From contig OZ176056.1 of assembly GCA_964247055.1 (NCBI GenBank), positions 6,851,001 through 6,884,000 of the forward strand: DNA of 33,000 bases, written 5' to 3'. Position numbers and translations under genes: made by a program. This DNA is from Paragordius varius (lineage: Eukaryota; Animalia; Nematomorpha). Of the stretch, positions 22,331-33,000 are shown piece after piece; within the stretch, counting starts at the first letter, position 1; the number at the start of each line of letters is the position of its first letter. The notes beneath the pieces are model-generated. The model had not been told where the DNA came from. It worked only from the letters and a program-made list of their open reading frames with translations, and did not search any database.

Positions 22331-23185
22331 CAGGATTATTATGGTGGTTTTGATTTTGGCCCTTATGAATAATTTAAGAAAGTTATTTACAGTTAGGTGG
22401 TAAGTGCACAATATAAGAAAATGGCTAAATTTGCCAACATATTTTTAATAAATTTTTTGAAACCTAGAGGCTAAAATATATCACCAAAAATATATAATAA
22501 ACTAATACAAAAAGCAAAGCAATATTTTTAAATAAATTTAGTTTTTAAATGTGGCCCCGACCCATGTTTTGTTGCGCTTCTAAAATTAGATAGTCATCGT
22601 AAAATAAACATAAAAATGCCGAGATGGCGCGATATTTAAATTATGCTAAATTTTGATATGAAAAAATATTTTTAAAAAATTTTTTAAAGCAAAAATTATT
22701 GAAGCGTTCTACACACAATTTTGAGCCATGATGGAAACGTGTAAAGGCGCTTTAATATATTATAAAAACATTTTTTAACTGAATATTTCCCTCAAGAATT
22801 TTAAATAGGTTCGTTTAAAAATTTTAATGATTTATTTAAAAAGCACAATATTTATTAATTTAAATTAGAAGACAAGCGAACATTAAATTTCATATTATGA
22901 GGTAATAAAATGGTCAGCATCATCGAATTATATACAAAAGGTGTTTTTATGATATCTTAAAGCACATAAAGCGTTTCCATCATTCAAAATATTATGCAGC
23001 ACAACAAATTTAAAAATTAATTTTTAAAATATTATACATTTGAAATTTTTTTAATTGGTATTAAAATTTAGCATTTATTTAAAATTTTTAACGCGCACCG
23101 GCATTTCTGAGTTTATTATAAAAGGATAGCCTATTTTAAAAGAGCAAAAAAGTTTGGGATTTTCGTAGCCATGTAAATTTTTGCA
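22331..23185. mobile_element. Long-TIR foldback/MITE (family D), right arm truncated
   Basis: Starts TAT^CAGGATTATTATG. 22560-22770 is the inverted copy of 22940-23170 (ATGATGGAAACG / CGTTTCCATCAT). Homologous to 29040-29494. Confidence 0.65.
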
Positions 23186-23189
23186 AATA

Positions 23190-23545
23190 TTGGGTGGGTG
23201 ATAAAATTTTTTTTGACTTGACTTGCAAGTTTTTCAAGTCATGGCTTGCTTTCATGTGATAAAAAAATTTAACATTAGGGCACTTAAGTCAAGCAAGAAA
23301 CTTGAACAAAAGGTGATAAAAAATTATATGATTAAGAAAAACTTGAAGATATTGAAAGTGTGGTATAGGGCACACTTGACATGTAATTTGGAAAAAAAAT
23401 ATTTTGGTAGCTTTTTATGTATATAATTTAGGTTTTATATGTAATTGGTACCTTTGATATGTTTATTTGATAATTTTGGCTAATTTTACATATTTAAACT
23501 GGGTGGATACAGAAGAAAATAAAATGTTTGAAAAAACTGTACAAA
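23190..23545 (+). repeat. Dispersed repeat family E, copy 1
   Basis: Aligns with 27827-28190, including the identical core TTTTTCAAGTCATGGCTTGCTTTCATGTGATAAAAAAA and TAGGGCACACTTGACA. Confidence 0.8.
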
Positions 23546-24494
23546 ATGTGTTTAAATAGAAATCAAAAGTATCGTATTGTGATCTCTCAACATAAACATA
23601 TGCAAAATCACAAGTTTATTTATAATCTATTTGAAGAAACTAATTCTACAAATCCGGGTAAAATTTTTTGGTTATATTAAAGTGTATCAAGAAAAAGCAG
23701 TAGACCCAAGTCGCTAATGTTTACAAAAAACGTCTCATGCTACCACACCAGTGTAATGCTTAAATGCAGCCCTTTGTTGTTGCGGATATAGGTTGACTTG
23801 TAGGCATAATTTTGTAAATATACTTGTATATAATTAAAAGATTAAGGGAAAATAAAGTCTTTTTAGCTATATGCTATATATTTATACTAATGGTTCAGTT
23901 TTATGGTATTTGATTAATAACTTTCATTAAAGCACAACGTATAAATTTTAGCTGATCTTAACCGAAGTTTATAATTATTTATGTAATAAGAAAAATTTTT
24001 CCGTTTAATACGATTTTTTTAGAGCATTTAAGTTCGATAAGTGTATTTTTGTGTTCTTAATATGGTCTTAAATTTATATTATCTTTCTTAAGTTTAATTT
24101 TAATTCAAGTTGGCATCGATTAGAATTTTTCAGTAATTAAATCAATTTTTTCCGAGATTAGAAGCAATACCGTTATGTTTTAAATAAAAATTTAATTTCC
24201 GCCAAAAATATACTTAAATTTTCCCTTTTCGAGAACTTGCCAATGGTCGCATTTGTATAACAGTTAAAATCTTTTAAAGTATAAATTCGTGTAATTTCGC
24301 CTCTATAATATACCGTATTTATATAAATTGCTAATATTTTTGGCATATGCATCTTAAATTTTTTTTATTATATATTCCATGTAAGTCATAATCTATTTAT
24401 TTATATATACACTACAGTTATAACTACGATTTTTTATTTTAAATTGTAAAGGTATAGATGTAGCAAAAAATGTTTACTTTAATTTATATTATAG

Positions 24495-24654
24495 GCACAT
24501 CCCTGCCCAACTATTTACAATTTAAAAAATATATAAAGAAGCAGAAAAAGTTTATCAAAACACGATAGCTAACATGCAATTTAAAGATATGGAAATAGAT
24601 TATGAAGTGGTACTGCTTCAAAAAGAAGTTTTACTTCTAGAAAAACAACTTTAA
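24495..24654 (+). pseudogene. Probable C-terminal remnant of the Harbinger accessory (Myb/MADF-like) gene
   Basis: KEAEKVYQNTIANMQFKDMEIDYEVVLLQKEVLLLEKQL*, a coiled-coil-like end converging on the transposase stop ~120 bp away, an arrangement common in PIF/Harbinger elements. Confidence 0.4.
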
Positions 24655-24776
24655 TAATTTTAATTCAAAGTATAATCAATTTTATATTTATAATCTGAAT
24701 GTAATGCAATAGAAAATTATAATTAACATATAAAGATTCGATGCGCAAATCATTATTATTAGCAAAAATTGAGAAT

Positions 24777-25588
24777 TTATAATAAATTATATGCGTTTAA
24801 TATATTTACTATATTATCTCGTTTTTGTCGGCCTGAGATTTTTTTCTCTCTCAGAGCACTATCATCCGTAATGTCTTCCTCATCATCATCAATATTATCT
24901 AAATCAATCGATATCATATTATCTAAATCAAAATCATCCTTTAAAAATTTAGCCATGTTAAATAAAACGGCGCAGCTAACAATAATATTAATTGCGGTAT
25001 CCTAACGGACTCGCATTTTATTATGCAATATAGGAAACCGGCGTTTGAGTTGACCAAATGTCTTTCAATGACTATTTTCTCTTGGCGTAGAATGATTTGA
25101 ATTTAGTTTGTATAAGGTTGTTAGGGTTTTTAAATGGTATTCTTAAATATGGACTAATTCCTGCGGCATTGGTATTGGCTAAAAAGGATTATACTTTATC
25201 TGAAAATCAGGATATTGTAAACTCTTCCTGGCATTTTAACGTTTAAACTCGTTATATATTCATCACCGTCGTAGATCTCATGATTCTTCTGCCAACGTTA
25301 GCGTCTTCATGTTGGAACTGGTCAGATGGAAATCGGATCCATTTATGGGTAATCTCACAAATTCCGCCACTTTAGATACTGTTTAAATTGGGGTTGGTTC
25401 TACACAATAAAACGGAGGAAAAATTCCACACATAATCTGGGTGATAGTTTGCCACCTCTTTATTAATATCATTAGGGGAAATTCGTGAAGTTATAAAATA
25501 GATGCTTTCGTTATTAATCTTAACAATTTCATATGTTGCAATTCTATTTTTTGCGCTCCGATTTCTTTCTAGAATTGTTCATGTACAT
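24777..25588 (-). mobile_element. PIF/Harbinger (HARBI1-like, DDE_Tnp_4) transposase pseudogene with internal deletions
   Basis: TVSKV..KWIRFP, DGDEYITSLNV, GISPYLRIPFKNP, VIER/TFGQLKRRFPILH, IIVSCAVLFNMA, then an acidic tract and GRQKRDNI. TIRs not located. Confidence 0.88.
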
Positions 25589-25781
25589 TTTTTCACTGTA
25601 ATAACATAACAACCTAATAATATAAAATTTATTAATGGAGGGATATTTAAAATCTATAATCTAAAAGGTTTATATATTTTTAAAAAAATAATTTAAATTT
25701 AATTTATATATCTACATGATTTAAAACGACGAAAATTGTTCAGGGTGCGTCTTATTAATGTAGATTCGTTTATTTAACGTG

Positions 25782-25786
<5 letters not shown>

Positions 25787-25823
<37 letters not shown>

Positions 25824-25863
25824 AATATTTTTACTTGAATTACGTAGATATATATATATATAT
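25787..25863. repeat. Two (TA)n microsatellites
   Basis: Direct observation (25787-25821, 25848-25863). Confidence 0.9.
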
Positions 25864-26012
25864 GTCACCTGTTATTCCGTGATTTAAAGATTAAATCCAA
25901 TATTTATATCGCCCCTAAAATATCCTAAACCTTTGGTTAGATATTTTAAGCGCAATTGTTATTCCGTGAGACTGGCATTGCTTAAAATAACTAATTAAGA
26001 TATATGATATAA

Positions 26013-27585
26013 CTAGCGTAAATCTCGTGCTGGTACGCAGCCCGGGGAGGTCCTTCGGACTTCTGAGGGGTTGTTTGAAAAAAAGGGATATAAATCACAT
26101 ATGTGGATTATTTCGAAACATTATTAAATAGATATGATTTCATAGGAATTTTAAAACGGTGCATTCATACTAAAATATTGTTTACTTGGGGGGAAAATAG
26201 ATTTAAAAATTTATTTTTGTGGACTTTGTATTTTTGAAAAAATGGCATATTACGGGGGAGCGGGTAAAAAGAGGGCCTAAATTAAAAAAGCGAGCCGACT
26301 ATGTTCGGCGCAATCGAAAAAAAGTAAACAAAAATCATTTTGAAATTGAATGGTCCAACACGTTTTTCGGAAAATTGTCTCAAAAACACGATTTTTGTGG
26401 ACTTGTGTTTTCAAAAAAACCCGTTTTTTACACGGGGTGGGCCTGAACCGGCCTAATTCAAAAAAGGCGAAGCTATTGTCGGGGCATTTATTAATGATTA
26501 TTCTCGATATTTGGATTTGAATGGGTTCACCGGTTTTCCTAAACAGATCATAAAATCCCATGACGGATCAGTTTATAGCGGGTAGCTCCTTACCCAGCAG
26601 CTATCATCAAAGAAACGCTTGACTAAAATTTTTGCCTTTTAACAGGGAATATGTGGAATCCTTATTGATTTTTACGGTCTCATACCTTGGGCGTAGAATA
26701 GAATCAAAAAATTATTTTTGTGGACTTTGTTTTTTGAAAAAATTAGCATTTTACGGGGGAGCGGGTAAAAAGAGGGCCTAAATTAAAAAAGCGGGCCTTT
26801 GGTGCAATCAAAAATAAGTAAACAAAAATCATATTTGAAATTGAATGGTCCAACACGTTTTTCGGAAAATTGTCTCAAAGACACGATTTTTGGGGACTTG
26901 TGTTTTCAAAAAAACCCGTTTTTACACGGGGTGGGCCTGAACCGGGGGCCTAATTCAAAAAAAGGCGAAGCTATTGTCGGGGCATTTATTAATGATTTTA
27001 TTTTTTCGATATTTGGATTTGAATGGGTTCACCGGTTTTCCTAAACAGATCATAAAATCCCATGACGGATCAGTTTATAGCGGGTAGCTCCTTACCCAGC
27101 AGCTATCATTAAAGAAACGCTTGACTAAAATTTTTGCCTTTTAACAGGGAATATGTGGAATCCTTATTGAATTTTTACGGTCTCATACCTTGGGCGAAGA
27201 ATAGAATCAAAAAATTATTTTTGTGGACTTTGTTTTTTGAAAAAATTAGCATTTTACTGGGGAGCGGGTAAAATGAGGGCCTAAATTAAAAAAGCGGGCC
27301 GAGTATGTTCGGCGCAATCAAAGAAAAGTAAACAAAAATCATATTTGAAATCGAATGGTCCAAAACGTTTTTCGGAAAATTGTCTCGAAACGTTTTTTGT
27401 GGACTTGTGTTTTCAAAAAAACCCTGTTTACACGGGCTGAGCCCGAACTGGGGGCCTAATTCAAAAAAAGGCGAAGCTATTGTCGGGGCATTTATTAATG
27501 ATTATTTTTTTTCGATATTTGGATACTGGGTTTACCGGTTTTCCCGGAACACAAAGCCACCATTTTCCATTTTTATAAATATACA
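26013..27585 (-). mobile_element. Non-autonomous Helitron with an internal ~500-bp tandem repeat
   Basis: On the - strand the 3' end is a GC-rich hairpin (26024-26046, CTCGTGCTG-gtacg-CAGCCCGGG), then 7 nt, then CTAG^T. The 5' end A^TGTATATTTATAAAAATGG matches the TC-starting copy at 250. No TSD. Confidence 0.82.
26211..27544. repeat. Tandem repeat, period ~501-503 bp, about 2.7 units
   Basis: Units start at 26211, 26712 and 27215 (TTATTTTTGTGGACTTTG). Each unit contains a diverged internal sub-duplication about 180 bp downstream. Confidence 0.95.
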
Positions 27586-27826
27586 TATTACATATGCATT
27601 ATACTTATATTATTTTAAAAACTTAGAAATAATATAACAGTGTTTGATGACGAATGGTTTCATCATCTTATAAACTACAGGTACCGGTTTAAACATTTTA
27701 AATTTTACTTCAATAAATGCATACTATTGGGTGTTAAATTTTGGTTGTACTAATCAAAAAATTTTCGTTGTAAAATTTCAAAATATTTCCCACATAATTT
27801 AAATTGGTGGTAAAAAAATGATACAT

Positions 27827-28190
27827 TGGGTGGGGTGATAAAAGATTTTTGTTGACTTGAATTTCAAGTTTTTCAAGTCATGGCTTGCTTTCATGTGATA
27901 AAAAAAATTTAACATTACACGACTTAAGTCAAGTAAGAAAACTTGATAGGGAGGTGATAAAAAAATCATATGATCAAGTAGAACTTAAAGATCAAGTGTG
28001 GTGTAGGGCACACTTGACAGATTTAAATCTATAAATAAAATTATTTTGGAAACTATTTATGTATAAAATTTAGGTTTTATATGTTATTCAAACCTTTGTT
28101 AATGCTATAAAATGTTAATTTGATAAATTTTGGCTAATTAATTTATTGGGTGGATTAAAAAGAGGTAAAATTTATAAAAAAGCTCTACTA
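27827..28190 (+). repeat. Dispersed repeat family E, copy 2
   Basis: Direct repeat of 23190-23545. Related motifs also occur at 28680-28770. Confidence 0.8.
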
Positions 28191-29039
28191 ATATTTAAGA
28201 GCAAGGCACATAAAAATATGCTAAATATATCTATTTCGTGAACGCAAAAAAATTTGATTCTCGAAAATTTCTTAAACATATTAACTATTAATCTTTTAAA
28301 ATTTCAAATCTTCGTTTATTAAACGCTAGTTACTTCACTATTAACTAATGTAATTTATTTCAGCATATTATTTGAATGTAATGTTCATAATGAATTAAAT
28401 ATTATAGTATGTTATATTGTATGAACATCTTCCCATTATGTTTGCAAACTCCAAACAAAATAAGTAGTGTGGTTAAATAATGGAAAGTGTTTTAAGGGGG
28501 AATGGTTTCATCGATCTAAAAATTATTACCAGGTATTTAGAAAACTCTATATTAAATAAGATACGTGCCAATGAGTTTGAAAAACTCTAATAAATGCATA
28601 TTGTATCAATTGTTTATCTTTCTGTGCCTTATTTCATAAATTTTGGCTGAAAATGATAAAAAAAGTTTCCATATAATTCGAATTGGGTGGCAAAAAACTG
28701 TTACATTCATAAGCAAAAGACTTGACTTAAGTGTTTTTTTATCACCGATCTTCAAGTGTACACTTGCTGGGTTAGGTAAACAAGTGCACCCCAAAAGTGT
28801 ATAAGAATATCTTTCACTCGTAAGAGCCTGAACCAAAAGCCCCATTATGATTCTGATACAGTTTGTCATCAAAATATATATGTTTCATCAAGTAATAACT
28901 TGATTTCCGATGGAATGTTATAAAAACTTTTATATATTTCGATATGAAATTACTACAACCTCAGAATTATAATTCAAAAATTCGTTCGTCTTCATATATA
29001 AATATAAAAGTGTTTATTTAACATATTTTCGTTAAAACT

Positions 29040-29494
29040 TGAAACTTTAAATTAAAATTATTAGGTGATAGAAACACTAAGCACCATCAAATTATATAGA
29101 AAAAGTTTTTTAAATATCTTAAAACGTTTTTTTTACCGTTTCCATCAAATATATGCATTTTTTTAAAATATTTTAGTACATATAACAATTAGCATTTGAT
29201 GAAAATTTATATCGAGTAATCTCTGCACTTTTGCTCTTCTTAAAGATCGCTTTATAAGAGTGATAAAAAATGGGATTTTCGGGACCCACATCTGAAAATT
29301 AATTTCTTCAAAAAATATTGTTTTCCTTTTTATGTGTAGTTTATAATATATTTTTGATATTTGGAATGAAGGATTTAACCTTCACAAAAAAATTATTTTT
29401 GAAATGTAGTCAAATTTGAGCAACTACCACAAAAGTTTAAATAACTTTCCTAAATTAATCGTAAGAACAAAAAGCAAACGTCATGATAATCCTA
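29040..29494. mobile_element. Right arm of a family D foldback element, ending in (TA)n
   Basis: The reverse complement of its end (TAGGATTATCATGACG..AATTTAGGAAAGTTATTTA..GTGGTA) aligns with 22331 onward, and 29080-29300 aligns directly with 22917-23170. Confidence 0.65.
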
Positions 29495-29954
29495 ATATAT
29501 ATATATATATATATAATCAATATTTTTTATCTACCCCGATTCTGACGCATTATATGAAAAAAATAATTTACAATATTAAAGCGTATTTATTCCGTTTTAT
29601 CATGCCTAAAGTACACTTAGTCAAATTTTGCTGAAAATTAGTAAGTTTTGATGCCATAATCCAGCATATATTTAGAATTATTAGAAATCTCGGCACTTTT
29701 AATTTGTTTTTTGAAAGAGCTGGCCCATTATGGGATTAGTGATATTTTTGGAATAATTCATTTACACCAAAATTTTTATAAATAAAAGCGCTAGTTTTAA
29801 CACTTTTTGATATGATTACCTCAAAAGTATAAATATTTCTTAAGTCACAAGTAATGACCAAAAGAGCACGCACCATCTGAAACATGTTCCTATAATATAT
29901 AATAATACATAACGATATTTTTTGTGACTGTATATTTTATTTTTTCAATAATTT

Positions 29955-30404
29955 TGGGTTATATATCCCAGGATTTAAAACTTGAATATCTTTAAAAGTA
30001 TTTAAGGTATTTAACCAAATTTAAACTTTTAATCTTTTAATCGCGTCATAAATATTTTTTTAAAAAGTGTAAAATTGGAAATAAGTTTTTATCTCAAACT
30101 TTTTTGCCACCATTTTTTACTTTCTGTAACATAAATATATATAAGGCTTTCATGATACATTTTATCGGCAAAAATTTGATATTTATATTTATAGCATTCC
30201 TTTCAATTGTGTTTTGGAGCAACCTGATCCAACATTTGGAAGTCAGAAAATTGTTTAAAATATAAACTTTTTTTATATGAAAACAATATTTCATAATTAT
30301 TAAAGTATCTTTAAAACTAAATTGTACATACAAAAATGAGCTCTGGGATATATAACCACCCTAAAAGGTAAACTAGGATTAAAAAGTGAAACGGTAATGA
30401 ATCG
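29955..30404. mobile_element. Degenerate piggyBac-like MITE (family C), copy 2, immediately upstream of IBA57
   Basis: 30338-30404 (GAGCTCTGGGATATA..CACCCTAA..AAAAAGTGAAACGGT) is the reverse complement of 21621-21683, and 29955-30115 aligns with 32588-32745. Confidence 0.65.
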
Positions 30405-30425
30405 TTACTTCACAAGGCAAGATGT

Positions 30426-31953
30426 ATGCCTTCACACCATATGATAAAAAGTTTAATTTTTTTATATAAAAGGGCATTTCTCAAAGTTGAAACAAATAAT
30501 TTATGGAAGAAATAAAAGTTGCATAGAATTATTGGGAAAAGATGGTTTAGCTTTTTTGCAAGGGTTGATTACCAATGATATCAACGTTCTTAATAAAACA
30601 TCCGCTTTGGCTTCGTTTATACTTAATCAACAAGTTTAAATATTTTATAAATAGGGCCGCATTGTATTTGATATATTAATATATAAATGTAATAATGAAA
30701 AACTTTTGATTAATTGTGACGATTCCCAAGCAAGTGAATTGAAAATGTTTTTATCGCGATACAAAATGCGTAAAAAGGTTAGTGTCAAATTTAATTATTT
30801 TTAAGTTGGAAATTGTAATAAATCAAGCCTATAGAACCTATACAATTCTGCCATTAGACTTTTCTTACAATAATTTCCAAACATATAAGTATATACTATA
30901 TAGTTTATTTTTAGCGGTCCTTCAGGTTTTGTTTCGTTTATCGATCCACGATCAAAACTTTTTGGCATAAATTACATCACTTCCAAAAATACGGAAAATG
31001 GTATTTTTTTTTAAATTTTTTTATCAGGACAGGTATTTTTCCAAATTTTCATACTCCTATAAAAGCTTTCTAGCGCTAAATCATTTTAGACTAAAGTAAA
31101 CTTAGAATTTTTAATAAATTACTGAATGAAACGTTCCCAATTTAAATTTATGCTTCTAATATCTAAATAAAATTTTGTTTTTAAAAAAAAGTTCCATATC
31201 AAACTACTTTGACGACTTTATTTTACAAAATTTTTGCATATCGTCTTCATTTAATTTTGAAGCTAAAATTACGGCTAATTTTTTATTTAAATTACATATA
31301 ACATTGATAGAAATAGAAAAAGCGGTATATTTTATAATATTTTTATTTTACCATACACGTTGACTAAATCCTTACTTTTCGATTTTATCTTAAAATATCA
31401 AGTATTTTTGAATAATTTTTTATATATTTTCGTATATTAATGTTATATAAGTGCAAATTGTTGCCATGGCTTTGTTTCCTTTTTTAAAGAATTTAATTTT
31501 AAACAGGCCTGGTATATTTAATTACCCCAATTTGAATCGAAGGACTGAAATGAATGTGTTGTATCCAAGTGTTAAATAGAAATATCCTACCATTATATTT
31601 TGGTATTGGTTTCATATTTAAATTTATTTAATGATTTAATTTAACAATTATTTTTTCGCTTATAATAGATATCCTTCAAGAATTTAATGAATCCTTAGGG
31701 CACAAAAATCTGTACTCCACTGATAATAACGATAAAAATTATGTTCACATAGAATCCAAAAATAGACGAATAATAACACCAAATGAGAAACAAATTGAAC
31801 ACAGCCCAAAACTAAACTTTTGCGACATTTCTTTTAAGCACGAAAGTGACTTTCGTGCATATCTTTATAAACTTGGGCTATCTGACGGTTGTAGAGATCA
31901 TATAGTTGGTCAATCTTTACCCATTGAATCGAATGGCGATCAATTGAATAAAA
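30426..31953 (+). CDS. IBA57: Mitochondrial Fe-S cluster assembly factor IBA57/CAF17 (YgfZ family), 5' partial; the gene continues beyond the window
   Basis: Exons 30426(or 30441)-30450, 30473-30633, 30655-30777, 30806-30888, 30915-31000 and 31669(or 31753)-31953 splice into one open frame: MIKRHFSKLK..SCIELLGKDGLAFLQGLITNDI..FILNQQ/GRIVFDILIY..LLINCD..LKMFLSRYKMRKK..FIDPRS..YLYKLGLSDGCRDHIVGQSLPIESNGDQLNK. It stops just before the expected SFxKGCYxGQE motif. Confidence 0.93.
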
Positions 31954-32571
31954 GTAATATGAAATTACGGCTATAAAACTTTACATGATTAACTTTTTAC
32001 ACACTTATTTATTTGGTTTTGTAACTCTTTACTAAAAATAATTTGTTTTTATAATATATCTATTGTTTATCCTATTTATTACTTGTGACTTCTAAACATT
32101 AATTTACTCTATTTTACCATTAATTTTAAATTAACGCTCTAAAATTTTATATGCATTCAAGATTTACAACAATATTTTGTGTTTCTCTTGACATAGTTTA
32201 TTATTTTACTCTATTATTAGAAAATTCATAAATGTTAAAAATTATACGTAATTTTCGATTGTGCGTGTTTCAATAATTTTTTAATTTTTATAACGGGTAA
32301 TTTTTATCCAAAGAATATTATTATATATATTGAAAGTCTTATTAAATTTTTTAATAAGCAAACTAAATTAACAAACAAAAAACATTGTTAAGAATTAATT
32401 TAGCACACATCAAATATTTTTTTGAGTAAATTTGAAGTTCAGAACAATATGAAGTATAAATAAGTGTATATTACAAAACCTTTGAAATTGATCCTGATAT
32501 ACTACAAACTAATTTTTCAGCTAAATTTTTTACCCTTTTATTTATCATCAATAATATATTTTTGTAATCTA

Positions 32572-33000
32572 AATATTCACTCCTTGGGGGAGTTTTATAT
32601 CTTAAAGCGATTTGAAATTTGAATATCTCTAAAGCATTTAAGGTATTTAGCCTAATTCGAAAATTTGCCTTTTAGGCATTATATAATTTTTTTTAAAAAA
32701 ATGTAAATATGTAAAAAATCCCCAGCTCAAACTTGCCACCATTTTATTCTCTAAAACATTTCAATTGCTAATGCAGCAGGAAAATAAATTTTATTATGGT
32801 AAATGTAAATATTTAACTTTGGAAAGCTTTCAGAGTGCATATTACCAGTAAAAACTTGATATATTTGGATTTCATGTTTTTTAGTTGTCCCAATATTAAA
32901 CCCTAGAATTCACAAAAGTGTAAAAATATAAGCTTTTCATCTTATCCATATAAACAATGTTGGATAATTAAATTTTAACTAAAATAACTTTTAATCTGTA
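32572..33000. mobile_element. Degenerate family C MITE, copy 3, in an IBA57 intron
   Basis: GGGGAGTTTTATATCTTAAAGC..TTGAATATC..TTTAAGGTATTTA..CTCAAACTTGCCACCATTTT aligns with 29955-30115 and with the reverse complement of 21960-22125. Right boundary uncertain. Confidence 0.6.

Noticed and set aside
26219-27637. Repeated short ORFs (GEAIVGAFINDF...) also seen at 8-241
   Set aside because: Frames and starts are not conserved between repeat units, so these are non-coding Helitron repeat sequence.
31028-31032. Possible 5-nt micro-exon GACAG (AG before, GT after) in IBA57 intron 5
   Set aside because: Inclusion shifts the frame into a stop with the available acceptors, whereas direct splicing keeps the frame.

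Overview
Very AT-rich, repeat-dense eukaryotic (probably animal) genomic DNA with no prokaryotic features. The only host gene that looks intact is the 5' part of a mitochondrial Fe-S assembly factor (IBA57/CAF17/YgfZ family, + strand from about 30426), split by four ultrashort 21-28 nt GT-AG introns plus two long introns. Introns this short suggest a reduced parasite such as a myxozoan or dicyemid, which is inference only. Positions ~860-9560 appear to hold two tandem, heavily decayed ABCA-like transporter genes on the - strand, recognised from degenerate motifs in the expected order. The rest is transposons: two Buster-type hAT copies; a Mag-clade Ty3/Gypsy element containing an RTE LINE (16-bp TSD) that itself contains a hAT (8-bp TSD); a MITE with palindromic 21-bp arrays in the Gypsy 3' LTR; a 1.7-kb inverted duplication built from two MITE types; a PIF/Harbinger relic; two non-autonomous Helitron copies, one carrying a ~500-bp tandem repeat; and several further MITE-like families. 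I found no convincing wholly new biological system. The best leads are the Arg-rich/Asp-Tyr-rich ORF, the decayed ABCA pair, the MITE-centred inverted duplication and the micro-introns. All calls come from reading by eye, so coordinates of degraded elements are approximate.
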